A stretch of DNA of 64,000 bases from Candidatus Gottesmanbacteria bacterium (GCA_043798445.1 JAZDOQ010000027.1:1265-65264), one strand, 5' to 3'. Numbered from the stretch's first letter, positions 34,221 through 43,189 are shown. Numbers and translations: made by a program. Notes: a model not told the origin generated them from the letters alone.

Positions 34221-34739
34221 ATGGACGAAACGTCTGCCCGAGCAACACCAACCACGAAAGAAGAGGTGTACATTACGTGGACATCTCCATCGAGATTGTT
34301 TAAACGGAGAAATAAAGAATATTTTACCAATATTGGTGCCATTGTTTTTCTTCTTGTTGTTATTCTTATTTTTGCCCGTGAATTTGTTCTGGTTGCTGCA
34401 GTTCTCTCCATTGTCTTTTTGATTTATGTGTTATCAACCGTCCCACCTGAAGATATAACACATAGACTCACAAACTTGGGTATTGAAAGCGCAGGTCATT
34501 ATTACCGATGGGAAGAATGTGCTGCGTTTTGGTTTGAAGAACAGTGGGGACAGGTGTTATTTATTTTGCAACCTATAATTGGGCCCCGTATTATTATTCT
34601 TCTTGGCGCACAAGATAAGAAACAAATTCAGGATGTTGCGGAAAAACATATTCCATTCCGTGAACAACCAGAGAAGTCTTGGGTAGAAAACACCGCTTCC
34701 TGGCTTGCTAAAAAAATTCCTCTGGAAAAGCCACAGTGA
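34221..34739 (+). CDS. hypothetical membrane protein
   Basis: 172 aa with two adjacent TM helices (IGAIVFLLVVILIFAREFVLVAAVLSIVFLIYVL) and a soluble C-terminal domain. Confidence 0.35.
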   Translation: MDETSARATPTTKEEVYITWTSPSRLFKRRNKEYFTNIGAIVFLLVVILIFAREFVLVAAVLSIVFLIYVLSTVPPEDITHRLTNLGIESAGHYYRWEECAAFWFEEQWGQVLFILQPIIGPRIIILLGAQDKKQIQDVAEKHIPFREQPEKSWVENTASWLAKKIPLEKPQ

Positions 34740-34777
34740 TAGCCTCAATTCTTGTTTCGTAGTAAAATGCAATCATT

Positions 34778-34850
34778 GCGCCCGTAGCTTAATGGATAGA
34801 GCACCAGATTGCGGATCTGATGATTGTGGGTTCGACTCCCGCCGGGCGCG
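34778..34850 (+). tRNA. tRNA-Arg (anticodon read as GCG; tentative)
   Basis: Acceptor GCGCCCG/CGGGCGC and D-arm TAGCTTAATGGATAGAGC are highly similar to Bacillus tRNA-Arg. The anticodon loop is TTGCGGA. Confidence 0.65.
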
Positions 34851-34869
34851 CTTAGAAGAATTCTATTGA

Positions 34870-34959
34870 GGGTGAGGTGCAGGAGTGGCTAAACTGCCTG
34901 GTCTCGAAAACCATGGGAGATGAAAGTCTCACGCGAGTTCAAATCTCGCCCTCACCGCC
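34870..34959 (+). tRNA. tRNA-Ser (anticodon CGA), CCA encoded
   Basis: Acceptor GGTGAGG/CCTCACC, long D-loop, anticodon loop CTCGAAA, long variable arm, T-arm GCGAGTTCAAATCTCGC. Confidence 0.75.
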
Positions 34960-34993
34960 AATAAATAATAGTGAAGTAGATATAAGGAGGAAT

Positions 34994-35413
34994 ATGAAAA
35001 TAACGATTTGCGGTAGTATGCAATTTTATTTAGAAATGAAAGCTGTGAAAGACGGGCTTGAGGTTTTAGGTCATGATGTGCTTGTTCCCATGGAAGTTGA
35101 AAACAATACCGTTCCTATTGAAGCACTTCCAGAAACAACGGATGAAGATAAAATATCTGCAAAAATTGAATACGATTTTATCAGGGAACATTTTTTTAAA
35201 ATTCAGGTGTCCGAAGCGATTCTCATTTTAAATTACGAAAAAAAAGGAATTCCCGGATATATCGGCGGAAATACATTTTTGGAAATGGGATACGCCTTTG
35301 GACTCGGAAAAAAGATTTTTTTGATGTTCCCGGTTCCCAAAACAGAATACTCTGTTGAAATGCATTCCATGCAGCCCATCATTATCGACGGGGATATCGC
35401 AAAAATTAAATAA
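34994..35413 (+). CDS. nucleoside 2-deoxyribosyltransferase-like family protein
   Basis: GGNTFLEMGYAFGLGKKIF matches the conserved (D/G)xGTxxExGyA motif. RBS AGGAGG at 34983-34988. The start was moved from the track ORF, which runs through the tRNA-Ser. Confidence 0.45.
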   Translation: MKITICGSMQFYLEMKAVKDGLEVLGHDVLVPMEVENNTVPIEALPETTDEDKISAKIEYDFIREHFFKIQVSEAILILNYEKKGIPGYIGGNTFLEMGYAFGLGKKIFLMFPVPKTEYSVEMHSMQPIIIDGDIAKIK

Positions 35414-35419
35414 AAACGG

Positions 35420-35491
35420 GCTTCTGTAGTTCAATGGATAGAACGCGGCCCTCCGGAGGCTGTAATTGCAGTTCGACTCTGCACAGGAGCG
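35420..35491 (+). tRNA. tRNA-Arg (anticodon CCG)
   Basis: Acceptor GCTTCTG/CAGGAGC (one G:U), anticodon loop CTCCGGA, T-arm TGCAGTTCGACTCTGCA. Confidence 0.7.
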
Positions 35492-35506
35492 CATAGGAAT
35501 ATTTAT

Positions 35507-36148
35507 ATGGAAAACATTTTTGACACAACTATCAGCGATCTCGAAACAAAAAAAATTTTTGTTCTCGTACCTGAACTGAAACCACTTGAGCATGTGATCG
35601 AAAATAATATCGGTCATAAAAAACAGGATGTCTGGATGCATACAAAGAATGTTTTTCGAGCGCTCCAAGAAGCTTTGAGGTGTGATTTTCTTAATACGGA
35701 AAAAAAAGCTGTATATCTCAAATATTTTTCAACCCATATTGGAACAACGATAAAAGCAAAAGCAATGATGGTTGCTGTCATTTTCCATGATATTGCGAAA
35801 TCACACACGCTTACGCAGGATGCTGTAGGTAATACAATGTGTCCAAATCACGAAAAAATTGGTGCAGAAATGATAAAGCAAATCATAAAAAGATTAGGAT
35901 TGTTAAAAGAAGAACAATTGTATATTTGTCAGCTCGTCTTACACCATGGAACTCTACATGGTTTATTAGGTTTTCCATTTAAGGAAAATTTGTCAGTTGA
36001 ATCACTTCGAAAAGAAAAACGAACGCATCACGATATCTGGTCCGAATTGGTTTTTCTTTGCTGTGCTGATATACTTGGCGCTGATTTTGTCAGAATAAAC
36101 CCGGATGATGCGAATAGGCGAATAAAACGCCTTATTTCATGGTTATAA
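35507..36148 (+). CDS. HD-domain phosphohydrolase superfamily protein
   Basis: WMHTKNV ... VIFHDIAKSHT ... LVLHHGTLHG (the H..HD..H..D pattern). Confidence 0.55.
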   Translation: MENIFDTTISDLETKKIFVLVPELKPLEHVIENNIGHKKQDVWMHTKNVFRALQEALRCDFLNTEKKAVYLKYFSTHIGTTIKAKAMMVAVIFHDIAKSHTLTQDAVGNTMCPNHEKIGAEMIKQIIKRLGLLKEEQLYICQLVLHHGTLHGLLGFPFKENLSVESLRKEKRTHHDIWSELVFLCCADILGADFVRINPDDANRRIKRLISWL

Positions 36149-36150
36149 TT

Positions 36151-36241
36151 GGAAGGGTCGCATAGTTGGTCTAGTGCGCGCGCTTGGAAAGCGCGTATCG
36201 CCGCAAGGTGATCGCGGGTTCGAATCCCGCCCCTTCCGCCA
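36151..36241 (+). tRNA. tRNA-Ser (anticodon GGA), CCA encoded
   Basis: Acceptor GGAAGGG/CCCTTCC, anticodon loop TTGGAAA, long variable arm, T-arm GCGGGTTCGAATCCCGC. Confidence 0.8.
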
Positions 36242-36245
36242 CGTA

Positions 36246-36350
36246 ATATCTTAGCGAATTTTGATCTTGATCAAAATGAGCTTAGAGATTACGTGGGAAC
36301 GTTTACTTTCGAAGAAAGTATTACGTTTGATTCGCTAAGATAAACGTGGC
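36246..36350 (+). repeat. nested inverted repeats between tRNA-Ser(GGA) and the GIY-YIG gene (ATCTTAGCGAAT ... ATTCGCTAAGAT with inner palindrome TTTTGATCTTGATCAAAA)
   Basis: 12-nt perfect inverted repeat separated by ~75 nt. The inner 18-nt palindrome contains two GATC sites. Confidence 0.5.
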
Positions 36351-36361
36351 TTACTGCCTTT

Positions 36362-36616
36362 ATGTTTTATTACGTCTATATTCTTCAGAGTCAAAAAGAT
36401 AACAGTTTTTATATTGGATACACAACGGACTTGGTTAAACGATTTAAGCAACATAATTCTGGTGAAAGCCAGGCGACTAAACCATTTAGACCATATAAAT
36501 TAATCTTTTATGAAGCGTTTCTTGATAGAATAGATGCAAAGAATCGAGAAATATATCTAAAAAGCGGATACGGAAGAAAAACAATAAATGGATTGCTCAA
36601 GAAGTATTTAGCCTGA
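36362..36616 (+). CDS. small GIY-YIG nuclease-domain protein
   Basis: YVYILQSQKDNSFYIGYTTDLVKRFKQHN (GIY...YIG...R...H), 84 aa. Confidence 0.7.
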   Translation: MFYYVYILQSQKDNSFYIGYTTDLVKRFKQHNSGESQATKPFRPYKLIFYEAFLDRIDAKNREIYLKSGYGRKTINGLLKKYLA

Positions 36617-36648
36617 TAGGAAGTGGGATTAGAACTTAAACCTATAAT
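36613..36648 (+). promoter_or_regulatory. promoter-like motif copy 2: CTGATA-(GGAAGTGGGATTAGAAC)-TTAAAC-CTATAAT
   Basis: Same conserved 17-nt spacer core (GGGATTAGAAC) as the copies at 32060 and 37385; 17 nt upstream of the ORF at 36665. Confidence 0.4.
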
Positions 36649-36664
36649 ATGATAATATACCTCC

Positions 36665-37303
36665 ATGCTTCCTGAATTAGCTAGAAATCAAACTGCTGAA
36701 ATTTTTAGGCAAATCATCAATGAGTCTCCCCAAGCAGGTAGCGAAATCAAAACACGTCAGGAACGAGAACTTGGTCACGCGGCAGATGTTGCAAATTGGA
36801 TTATTATTTTATCTCCTGACGCTACTTTGGATCTACAAGTAGCTGGATGGCTGCATGACTGTGAACGGTTGGTAGACAACGAGGGCACAGTTGGATTTAA
36901 AGGCGACAGAACGAGTCCAGAATATCTTGCACACAAAAAAGGTCATGCAAAAAGAAGCGCCGATCTCGCTAAAGTTATGTTACAAAGATTCGGGTTTTCA
37001 GCATCAAATATTGACAGGACATATTTCTTAATACTTCATCACGATGATACAGGAGAAGAAATTGATAAAATTGGAGATGAAGAGCTTACGATTCTTGCTG
37101 CAGCTGACAGTCTTTCGTTTTTTACCTTTATTGCTGCGGATATGTTGCAACGTGAAGGAGAGAGCAGACTACAAGATAAAGCAAACTTCATGGTTGATAA
37201 AATGTCCTCAGGTATCAGAAAGTTACTTGGTGATCAGCAGATTACTGATCCAACTATTTCACGCGTAAAAAATCAAGCACTTGCTAAATACCAACAAGGG
37301 TAA
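36665..37303 (+). CDS. HD-domain protein
   Basis: LGHAADVANWIIIL...GWLHDCER...FLILHHDDTGEE. Confidence 0.5.
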   Translation: MLPELARNQTAEIFRQIINESPQAGSEIKTRQERELGHAADVANWIIILSPDATLDLQVAGWLHDCERLVDNEGTVGFKGDRTSPEYLAHKKGHAKRSADLAKVMLQRFGFSASNIDRTYFLILHHDDTGEEIDKIGDEELTILAAADSLSFFTFIAADMLQREGESRLQDKANFMVDKMSSGIRKLLGDQQITDPTISRVKNQALAKYQQG

Positions 37304-37320
37304 TACGAGATGACTTATAA

Positions 37321-37350
37321 TAGGTTATAACTTTATAAATGGTTCTCCGC
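37321..37350 (+). repeat. motif B copy 2: TAGGTTATAAC-TTTATAA-ATGGTTCTCCGC
   Basis: The 11-nt and 12-nt arms are identical to copy 1 at 34147-34176. Confidence 0.5.
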
Positions 37351-37384
37351 CAAGATTTAGAAAAATATTCTAGCTGAAGTGAAG

Positions 37385-37417
37385 TTGACAGGAGGCAGGG
37401 TTAGAACTTATGATAAT
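37385..37417 (+). promoter_or_regulatory. promoter-like motif copy 3: TTGACA-(GGAGGCAGGGTTAGAAC)-TTATGATAAT
   Basis: Consensus -35, 17/18-nt spacer with GGGTTAGAAC, TATGAT -10. The ATG at 37433 lies about 10 nt after the predicted transcription start site. Confidence 0.45.
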
Positions 37418-37432
37418 ATCATCAATGCATTT

Positions 37433-38089
37433 ATGAAAAATAAACCACTAATTATCATTATCAGTCTCATTATTCTGCTTTGGATAAGTATTGGATATTG
37501 GTATTTCTATGGGTCTAAGACTTCCATATTGGGAGCAATAAGCGAATCCATCGCAATTGAGACGCTTCAAAATAAATTCCCCGAACTTAGAGAATATCCG
37601 AATGATAATCTTCCTCCAAAATCCATTAAGACAGAAAAAACAAGCGGCGGCTGGTATGTGGCTTTCATACAGGAAGGATCGGGCGTGCCGATTATTGACG
37701 CCCGATGTTTTTTAGTAAAAAATGATAAAAGCTTCACACAGAATAAATATATCCCGCAAGATAATGCTCTTATTGGCGAATTTTCTGCAAGAGAATGTAA
37801 GATAGTCGAAAATACAATCGGGGAAAATACTGGAGGTTCAAACTGTGCGCTGGAGACATGTCACGGTTTGGATATAAAATGCGGAGTAAATCCACCCGGT
37901 GCGTGCACTGCTATGTATGCAGTAGGCGATAGATGCTTACAGTATGCAACGTGTGGCATCCAAAACGGAACGTGCCAACAGATACAAAATTCTCAATTCA
38001 CGGAGTGTAAATTGTGCATCCAAAAATGCATAGATGCTAACAGAAACGATACTATAAAGTTGTTTGAGTGCGAGGGAAATTGTAATTAA
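37433..38089 (+). CDS. secreted/membrane-anchored Cys-rich protein
   Basis: N-terminal TM/signal helix KPLIIIISLIILLWISIGYWYFYG; C-terminal ~90 aa with about 14 Cys (CALETCHGLDIKCG...CKLCIQKCIDAN...CEGNC). The start was moved from the track GTG 37379, which would read through the promoter motif. Confidence 0.4.
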   Translation: MKNKPLIIIISLIILLWISIGYWYFYGSKTSILGAISESIAIETLQNKFPELREYPNDNLPPKSIKTEKTSGGWYVAFIQEGSGVPIIDARCFLVKNDKSFTQNKYIPQDNALIGEFSARECKIVENTIGENTGGSNCALETCHGLDIKCGVNPPGACTAMYAVGDRCLQYATCGIQNGTCQQIQNSQFTECKLCIQKCIDANRNDTIKLFECEGNCN

Positions 38090-38123
38090 AATCAATTTGC
38101 TGCTAAAAAACCCGTGTCCATTA

Positions 38124-38912
38124 ATGAAGAAAAAAACAATATTACTCACTGGTGATGATGGATTTGATTCTTTGGGAACACGGCTCCTTATTCATTTATT
38201 GAAAAATACATACACGCTTGTTATTGCAGGTACAAAGACACAGCAAAGCGGTGTTGGCGGGCATAAATCAATCATGGGAAAAGGCGAATGGGGAGAAGAA
38301 ATGGTTGATGGGGTACCAGCGCTTTGGGTGAATGGAACTCCTGTTGATGCGGTTGAAGCAGCGCGATCATGGTATCCACAAGCATTTGATTATATTATTT
38401 CTGGAATGAATTGGGGAATTAATGTTGCAGGCAGTTTATGCAGCTCTGGTACGTTCTCAGCTGCATTTTTTGCAATGAATCTTGGACTTGCCCCTCGAGC
38501 AATTGCCATCAGTTGGGATATTTCTGCAGGACACCATTTTACTCGGCACACAATAGAAGATGGAATTGAAGCATTTATAAATCACCCCGGAAGATCTGCA
38601 AAGGTTGCGTTAACAGAAGCATTTCGCACAAACTGCTGGGGTGCAGCAATTGTAAATATTAATATTCCGGCAAAAGAGACGAAGGTTTTTGAGTTCGCAA
38701 GACCGCTTGAAGTCATGCAGGGATTATGGCCACCTATTGAATTAAATAAAAATACGGGTATGTTTTCTTACAAATCAGGAGACCATGTATTAACAATGGG
38801 TAGCAATGATACTGATGTCCAGGTGGTACGGAGGGGTCATATTGCAATCACTCCCTGTCAAGCCACTATGATAGATAGTGTGGTATATAGAAAAATGACA
38901 GGGAAGAAATGA
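38124..38912 (+). CDS. surE: 5'/3'-nucleotidase SurE
   Basis: ILLTGDDGFDSLG (the SurE signature), 262 aa from MKKKTILL. Confidence 0.7.
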   Translation: MKKKTILLTGDDGFDSLGTRLLIHLLKNTYTLVIAGTKTQQSGVGGHKSIMGKGEWGEEMVDGVPALWVNGTPVDAVEAARSWYPQAFDYIISGMNWGINVAGSLCSSGTFSAAFFAMNLGLAPRAIAISWDISAGHHFTRHTIEDGIEAFINHPGRSAKVALTEAFRTNCWGAAIVNINIPAKETKVFEFARPLEVMQGLWPPIELNKNTGMFSYKSGDHVLTMGSNDTDVQVVRRGHIAITPCQATMIDSVVYRKMTGKK

Positions 38913-38916
38913 TAAT

Positions 38917-39552
38917 TTATTTTTTCAATTTGTGTTTGATTGCTTCAATCACCATCGGGACAACAGAAATAAGAATGATAGCAATAATAACAAGGGAGAA
39001 ATTTTCTTTTATAGACGGAATATTGCCAAACAAATACCCCGCGAGGGTAAATAGTACTACCCAGAGAATCCCGCCGATAATATTGAATGAGATAAATTTT
39101 TCGTAGTGCATTTTACCTACTCCGGCAACAAAAGGAGCAAACGTGCGGACAATCGGAACAAAACGAGCAAGAATAATTGTTTTTCCTCCATATTTATCGA
39201 AGAATGCTTTGGTTTTATCGATATGTTCTTTGTTAATTGGAATTTTTGGATTTGCAATCATTTGTTCTCCAAAAAAATGTCCTATCCAGTAATTACATGT
39301 ATCGCCAAAAATAGCAGCACCAATAAGAAGCGGAACAATAATCCAGATATTGAGAGATCCTAGTGCTGCGAGTGCTCCAGCTGCAAATAAAAGTGAATCT
39401 CCTGGAAGAAATGGAGTAAGGACAAGCCCGGTTTCAATAAAAACAATCCCAAATAATATGGCGTATGTTACTGTTCCATAGGTTAATACAAGCTGTGCAA
39501 GGTGCGTATCAATATGAAGAATAAAATTGACGAGATTCATGATGACATCCAT
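38917..39552 (-). CDS. DedA/VTT (SNARE-associated) family membrane protein
   Basis: [17 protein letters not shown] ... [26 protein letters not shown]. Confidence 0.75.
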   Translation of the reverse strand: MDVIMNLVNFILHIDTHLAQLVLTYGTVTYAILFGIVFIETGLVLTPFLPGDSLLFAAGALAALGSLNIWIIVPLLIGAAIFGDTCNYWIGHFFGEQMIANPKIPINKEHIDKTKAFFDKYGGKTIILARFVPIVRTFAPFVAGVGKMHYEKFISFNIIGGILWVVLFTLAGYLFGNIPSIKENFSLVIIAIILISVVPMVIEAIKHKLKK

Positions 39553-39582
39553 AGAGTCTGATTATACGAAAAAAAGAATAAT

Positions 39583-40845
39583 GTGTATACTCACATCATG
39601 GATGATTTTGACGTATGTGTTATAGGAGGCGGGCCAGCGGGCATGATGGCAGCGTTGTCTGCAAAAAAACATCATCCGGAAAAATCCATTGTTCTTCTTG
39701 ACCGGACATTTGAACTTGGGAGAAAACTCCTTGTTGCGGGAGCAGGCAGAGGGAATCTTACAAACATAAACCTTCAAAAAGATCCATCTTTATTTGTGCA
39801 TGGGCCAAAGGAACTAATAAGCGCAACATTTTCTCAATTTGGGTATCAGGATATTGTCGATTTTTTTAATTCTTTAGGAGTCCCGTTGTATGAAGAACAA
39901 AAAACCGGAAAGGGAAAGATGTTTCCGGTTATTGACCACGCAAAGACGGTTCGAGATATATTAGTGGATGAAATAAACAGACAACGGATAACTGTGTTAA
40001 CAAATGCAGAGGTGCTTAGTGTAAAACAAAAAAAAGAACAGTGGCGTATTCAAACAACACACGGTTTCATGATAATCTCAGACACAATTCTTTCTTGTGG
40101 CGGGATTACATACCCGTCACTCGGGTCAAATGGATCAGGGTATGGGTTTGCGAAAAATATTGGACATACAATTATTGAGCCTGTGCCAAGCGCGGTTCCA
40201 CTAGTGTCAAAGAATGTATTATCACACCTCCTTCAGGGGGAAAAATTACAGATGCAGGTTACCACTATTGATGAAAACTCTTCTTCTCGTGTTGTGATTG
40301 GTGATGTTCTGTTTACTCAATATGGCGTATCAGGTTCCGCAATACTTGATGTTAGCCGTGATATTTCCATATTGCTTCATCGTGATCACAAAAATGAAGT
40401 CAGTCTTCACTTATCTTTTTTCCCCGGAAAAACAATTGATGAAATAAGCGCACTATTAGAAGAACGATGGAAAAATCATAATGATCAGTTAGTTTCGAGA
40501 AATTTGTGGGGACTCGTAACGACAAAGGTCTCTGGCGCAGTCTGTGCCGCATCAGGTATTGCTAAAGAGCAAACCGTTGGAAAGATGAAGAACGAAGAAA
40601 AACAACGTTTGGTAAAAACGCTTTCTTCATATAAACTCATTGTGACAGATACGCGAGGGTGGAATGAAGCTGAATTTACTGCGGGTGGTGTTGCTGCAGA
40701 TGAGGTTGATATACACTCCCTTGCATCAAAAAAAGCTCCACATCTCTATATCGTTGGAGAGCTCTTAGATGTTGATGGTGATATTGGTGGATATAATCTT
40801 TCGTGGGCGTGGGCGTCAGGATGGGTTGCCGGAAAATTACAATGA
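39583..40845 (+). CDS. HI0933/BaiN-like FAD-binding flavoprotein
   Basis: DVCVIGGGPAGMMAA dinucleotide-binding N-terminus, 420 aa, C-terminal GELLDVDGDIGGYNL. Confidence 0.6.
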   Translation: MYTHIMDDFDVCVIGGGPAGMMAALSAKKHHPEKSIVLLDRTFELGRKLLVAGAGRGNLTNINLQKDPSLFVHGPKELISATFSQFGYQDIVDFFNSLGVPLYEEQKTGKGKMFPVIDHAKTVRDILVDEINRQRITVLTNAEVLSVKQKKEQWRIQTTHGFMIISDTILSCGGITYPSLGSNGSGYGFAKNIGHTIIEPVPSAVPLVSKNVLSHLLQGEKLQMQVTTIDENSSSRVVIGDVLFTQYGVSGSAILDVSRDISILLHRDHKNEVSLHLSFFPGKTIDEISALLEERWKNHNDQLVSRNLWGLVTTKVSGAVCAASGIAKEQTVGKMKNEEKQRLVKTLSSYKLIVTDTRGWNEAEFTAGGVAADEVDIHSLASKKAPHLYIVGELLDVDGDIGGYNLSWAWASGWVAGKLQ

Positions 40846-40864
40846 GAAACATTACAATACGTAT

Positions 40865-41335
40865 ATGATTACCTGTATATTTGAGGATGGAAATAAAGCA
40901 ACACTCCGACACGTTGTTGTTCATATGATCGTTGAAAAAGACGGATGTTTATTATTGGAAAAGCGGGATGGACCGATTTTAGAGACTGGGAAATGGTGTT
41001 TGCCAGCTGGGTTTTTAGAACGGGATGAAACAGCAGCCCAGTGTGCCATACGGGAATTGAAGGAAGAAACAGGATGGAACGGGGAAGTGCTGAAACTGTT
41101 TAAAATTAACACAAATCCTAATCGGCCAAAAGAGGACAGACAGAATATTACTATTGAATTTTTAGTAAAACCAATTCAAAAAACAGGAGAAAAAGATTGG
41201 GAATCGTCAAAGGTGGAATGGATACCTGTTGAGAAATTATTACCTTTTGAGGATTTTGCATTTGATCATGGAGAAACAATCAAACAATATTTGGAATATA
41301 AAAAAAGTCCTTTTCCGCTGCCAATTCTTGTATAA
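40865..41335 (+). CDS. NUDIX hydrolase
   Basis: Nudix box LPAGFLERDETAAQCAIRELKEETG. Confidence 0.7.
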   Translation: MITCIFEDGNKATLRHVVVHMIVEKDGCLLLEKRDGPILETGKWCLPAGFLERDETAAQCAIRELKEETGWNGEVLKLFKINTNPNRPKEDRQNITIEFLVKPIQKTGEKDWESSKVEWIPVEKLLPFEDFAFDHGETIKQYLEYKKSPFPLPILV

Positions 41336-41401
41336 CTGTTGTTATTTTCCATTTTTATGGTATTCTTGAGCCACGAGTTGTGTATACATATATTTTGAGG
41401 A

Positions 41402-43189
41402 GTGTCACGTATGGGCAATGCAGACGAAGTCAAATCAAGACTCAATATTATTGATGTTATCAGTGAAAAAGTCCAGTTAAAAAAATCCGGCAGAAATTTC
41501 AAAGGGTTATGTCCATTTCATAACGAAAAAACACCATCCTTTATGGTGTCTCCTGATAGGCAAGTTTTTCATTGCTTTGGGTGCGGCAAAGGGGGATCGG
41601 TTATTGATTTTGTGATGGAATACAACCACGTTGATTTTCCTGAAGCGCTCGAAGAGTTGGCATCACGTGCAGGAGTTACCTTATCTCTTGTAAAAAGCGA
41701 ATCTCCAGAACGAAAACTAAAAAATGCAATATATGAAATCAACGCTCTCGCAAGTGAATTCTATCAGTATTTACTTATAAAACATCCACTTGGGGAGAAA
41801 GCACTTCTGTATTTAAAAAACCGTGGAATTACTGATAAATCAATCAAAACATTTAGCCTTGGCTACAGTCCAAACAGTTGGGAGGCGCTATATCAATTTT
41901 TGAAAAAGAAAAAATATAGTGAGGAGCTCATCGAAAAAGCAGGACTTGCACTTCGAGGGAATCGCGGTCTCTATGATCGGTTTCGAGGTCGTCTTATATT
42001 TACGCTTCGCGATCACAGAGGTAAAGTTGTTGGATTTTCCGGACGTGTACTTAATCCGAGTATTAAGGAAGCAAAATATATCAACACATCAGAAACCCCA
42101 GTATACAGCAAAAGCAATGTGCTTTACGCATTTGATGTAACCCATGAGGCAATTGCACGGGCGAATGAAGCAATTCTCATGGAAGGAGAACTTGATGTGA
42201 TTTCATCCTTTCAAGCGGGTGTGTCGAATGTGGTTGCAATTAAAGGATCAGCGCTCACTGAAGGACATGTGCATCTTCTAAAGCGATATACGGAGCGCAT
42301 TATATTTTCTCTTGATAGTGACATAGCAGGAGATATGGCAGCCAGGCGAGGGATTGATATTGCAGAGCGGGCAGGGCTTGATATGAAAGTGGCAGTCCTT
42401 CCTGTTGGAAAAGATCCTGACGAAGCAGTTCGGGAAGATCCGATTGGGTTTAAAAAGGCCATGAAAAACGCAATACCTATTTATGATTATTTTATTGCCT
42501 CCGCAATTAAACGTTTTGATATAACAAGCGCATTCGGTAAGAAAAAAGCAAGTGAAGAACTTTTTCCGGTAATGTCAAAAATTGAAAATAGTATTGTGCA
42601 AGGGCACTATATAAAAAAGGTAGCACAAGCGCTTGATGTTTCAGAAGACGTGATTATTGATGGAGTAAAAAAAGTTAAACTGCCAATAGGATTATCCAGA
42701 AATCAATTGCCAGCTTCAAAACCACAGGAAAGTTTTGCCATATCAGGACCAGAGCGGTTGGAACTATATTGTTTGGGATTAGTACTTCAAGGAGATACAA
42801 AAAAATTATATGAAGAATTTTCAGCGGTTATTACGTCGGGCGACATAAAACACATGGGAGTCCGGCGTATTGTTGAAGCAATATCTTTATATATTCATGG
42901 AGAAACACCATTTGTGGTTGCTGATTTTGCAAAAATACTCTCGAAAGAATTATTGCCTGTTTTGGACGAAGCGTACCTTTGGGATATATCAGTCAGTACA
43001 GAAAATAGCGACTTGTTTGCTAAAGAATGGTTAAGAACTTTGAAAGAAGTACAAAAAAGTATTTTGAAACGTAAGATGCGTGAAGTATCAGATAAAATAC
43101 GATCAACAGATGAGAAAGAGGAGGGGCAAACACAAGAAAAGCTTGCAAAACTAGCTTCAGAGTACGCGCTTCTGGAAAAAACCAGCTGA
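41402..43189 (+). CDS. dnaG: DNA primase
   Basis: CHC2 zinc finger CPFHNEKTPSFMVSPDRQVFHCFGCGKGG, and TOPRIM EGELDVIS...DSDIAGD. Confidence 0.85.
   Translation: MSRMGNADEVKSRLNIIDVISEKVQLKKSGRNFKGLCPFHNEKTPSFMVSPDRQVFHCFGCGKGGSVIDFVMEYNHVDFPEALEELASRAGVTLSLVKSESPERKLKNAIYEINALASEFYQYLLIKHPLGEKALLYLKNRGITDKSIKTFSLGYSPNSWEALYQFLKKKKYSEELIEKAGLALRGNRGLYDRFRGRLIFTLRDHRGKVVGFSGRVLNPSIKEAKYINTSETPVYSKSNVLYAFDVTHEAIARANEAILMEGELDVISSFQAGVSNVVAIKGSALTEGHVHLLKRYTERIIFSLDSDIAGDMAARRGIDIAERAGLDMKVAVLPVGKDPDEAVREDPIGFKKAMKNAIPIYDYFIASAIKRFDITSAFGKKKASEELFPVMSKIENSIVQGHYIKKVAQALDVSEDVIIDGVKKVKLPIGLSRNQLPASKPQESFAISGPERLELYCLGLVLQGDTKKLYEEFSAVITSGDIKHMGVRRIVEAISLYIHGETPFVVADFAKILSKELLPVLDEAYLWDISVSTENSDLFAKEWLRTLKEVQKSILKRKMREVSDKIRSTDEKEEGQTQEKLAKLASEYALLEKTS

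Noticed and set aside
34877-34993. N-terminal 39 codons of track ORF 34877-35413
   Set aside because: They run through tRNA-Ser(CGA). The gene starts at ATG 34994, which has an AGGAGG RBS.
36242-36616. Group I intron/homing-endonuclease interpretation of tRNA-Ser(GGA) + structured spacer + GIY-YIG
   Set aside because: The tRNA is intact and uninterrupted. The GIY-YIG ORF is a free-standing ~85-aa type with no recognisable intron core (P/Q/R/S elements).
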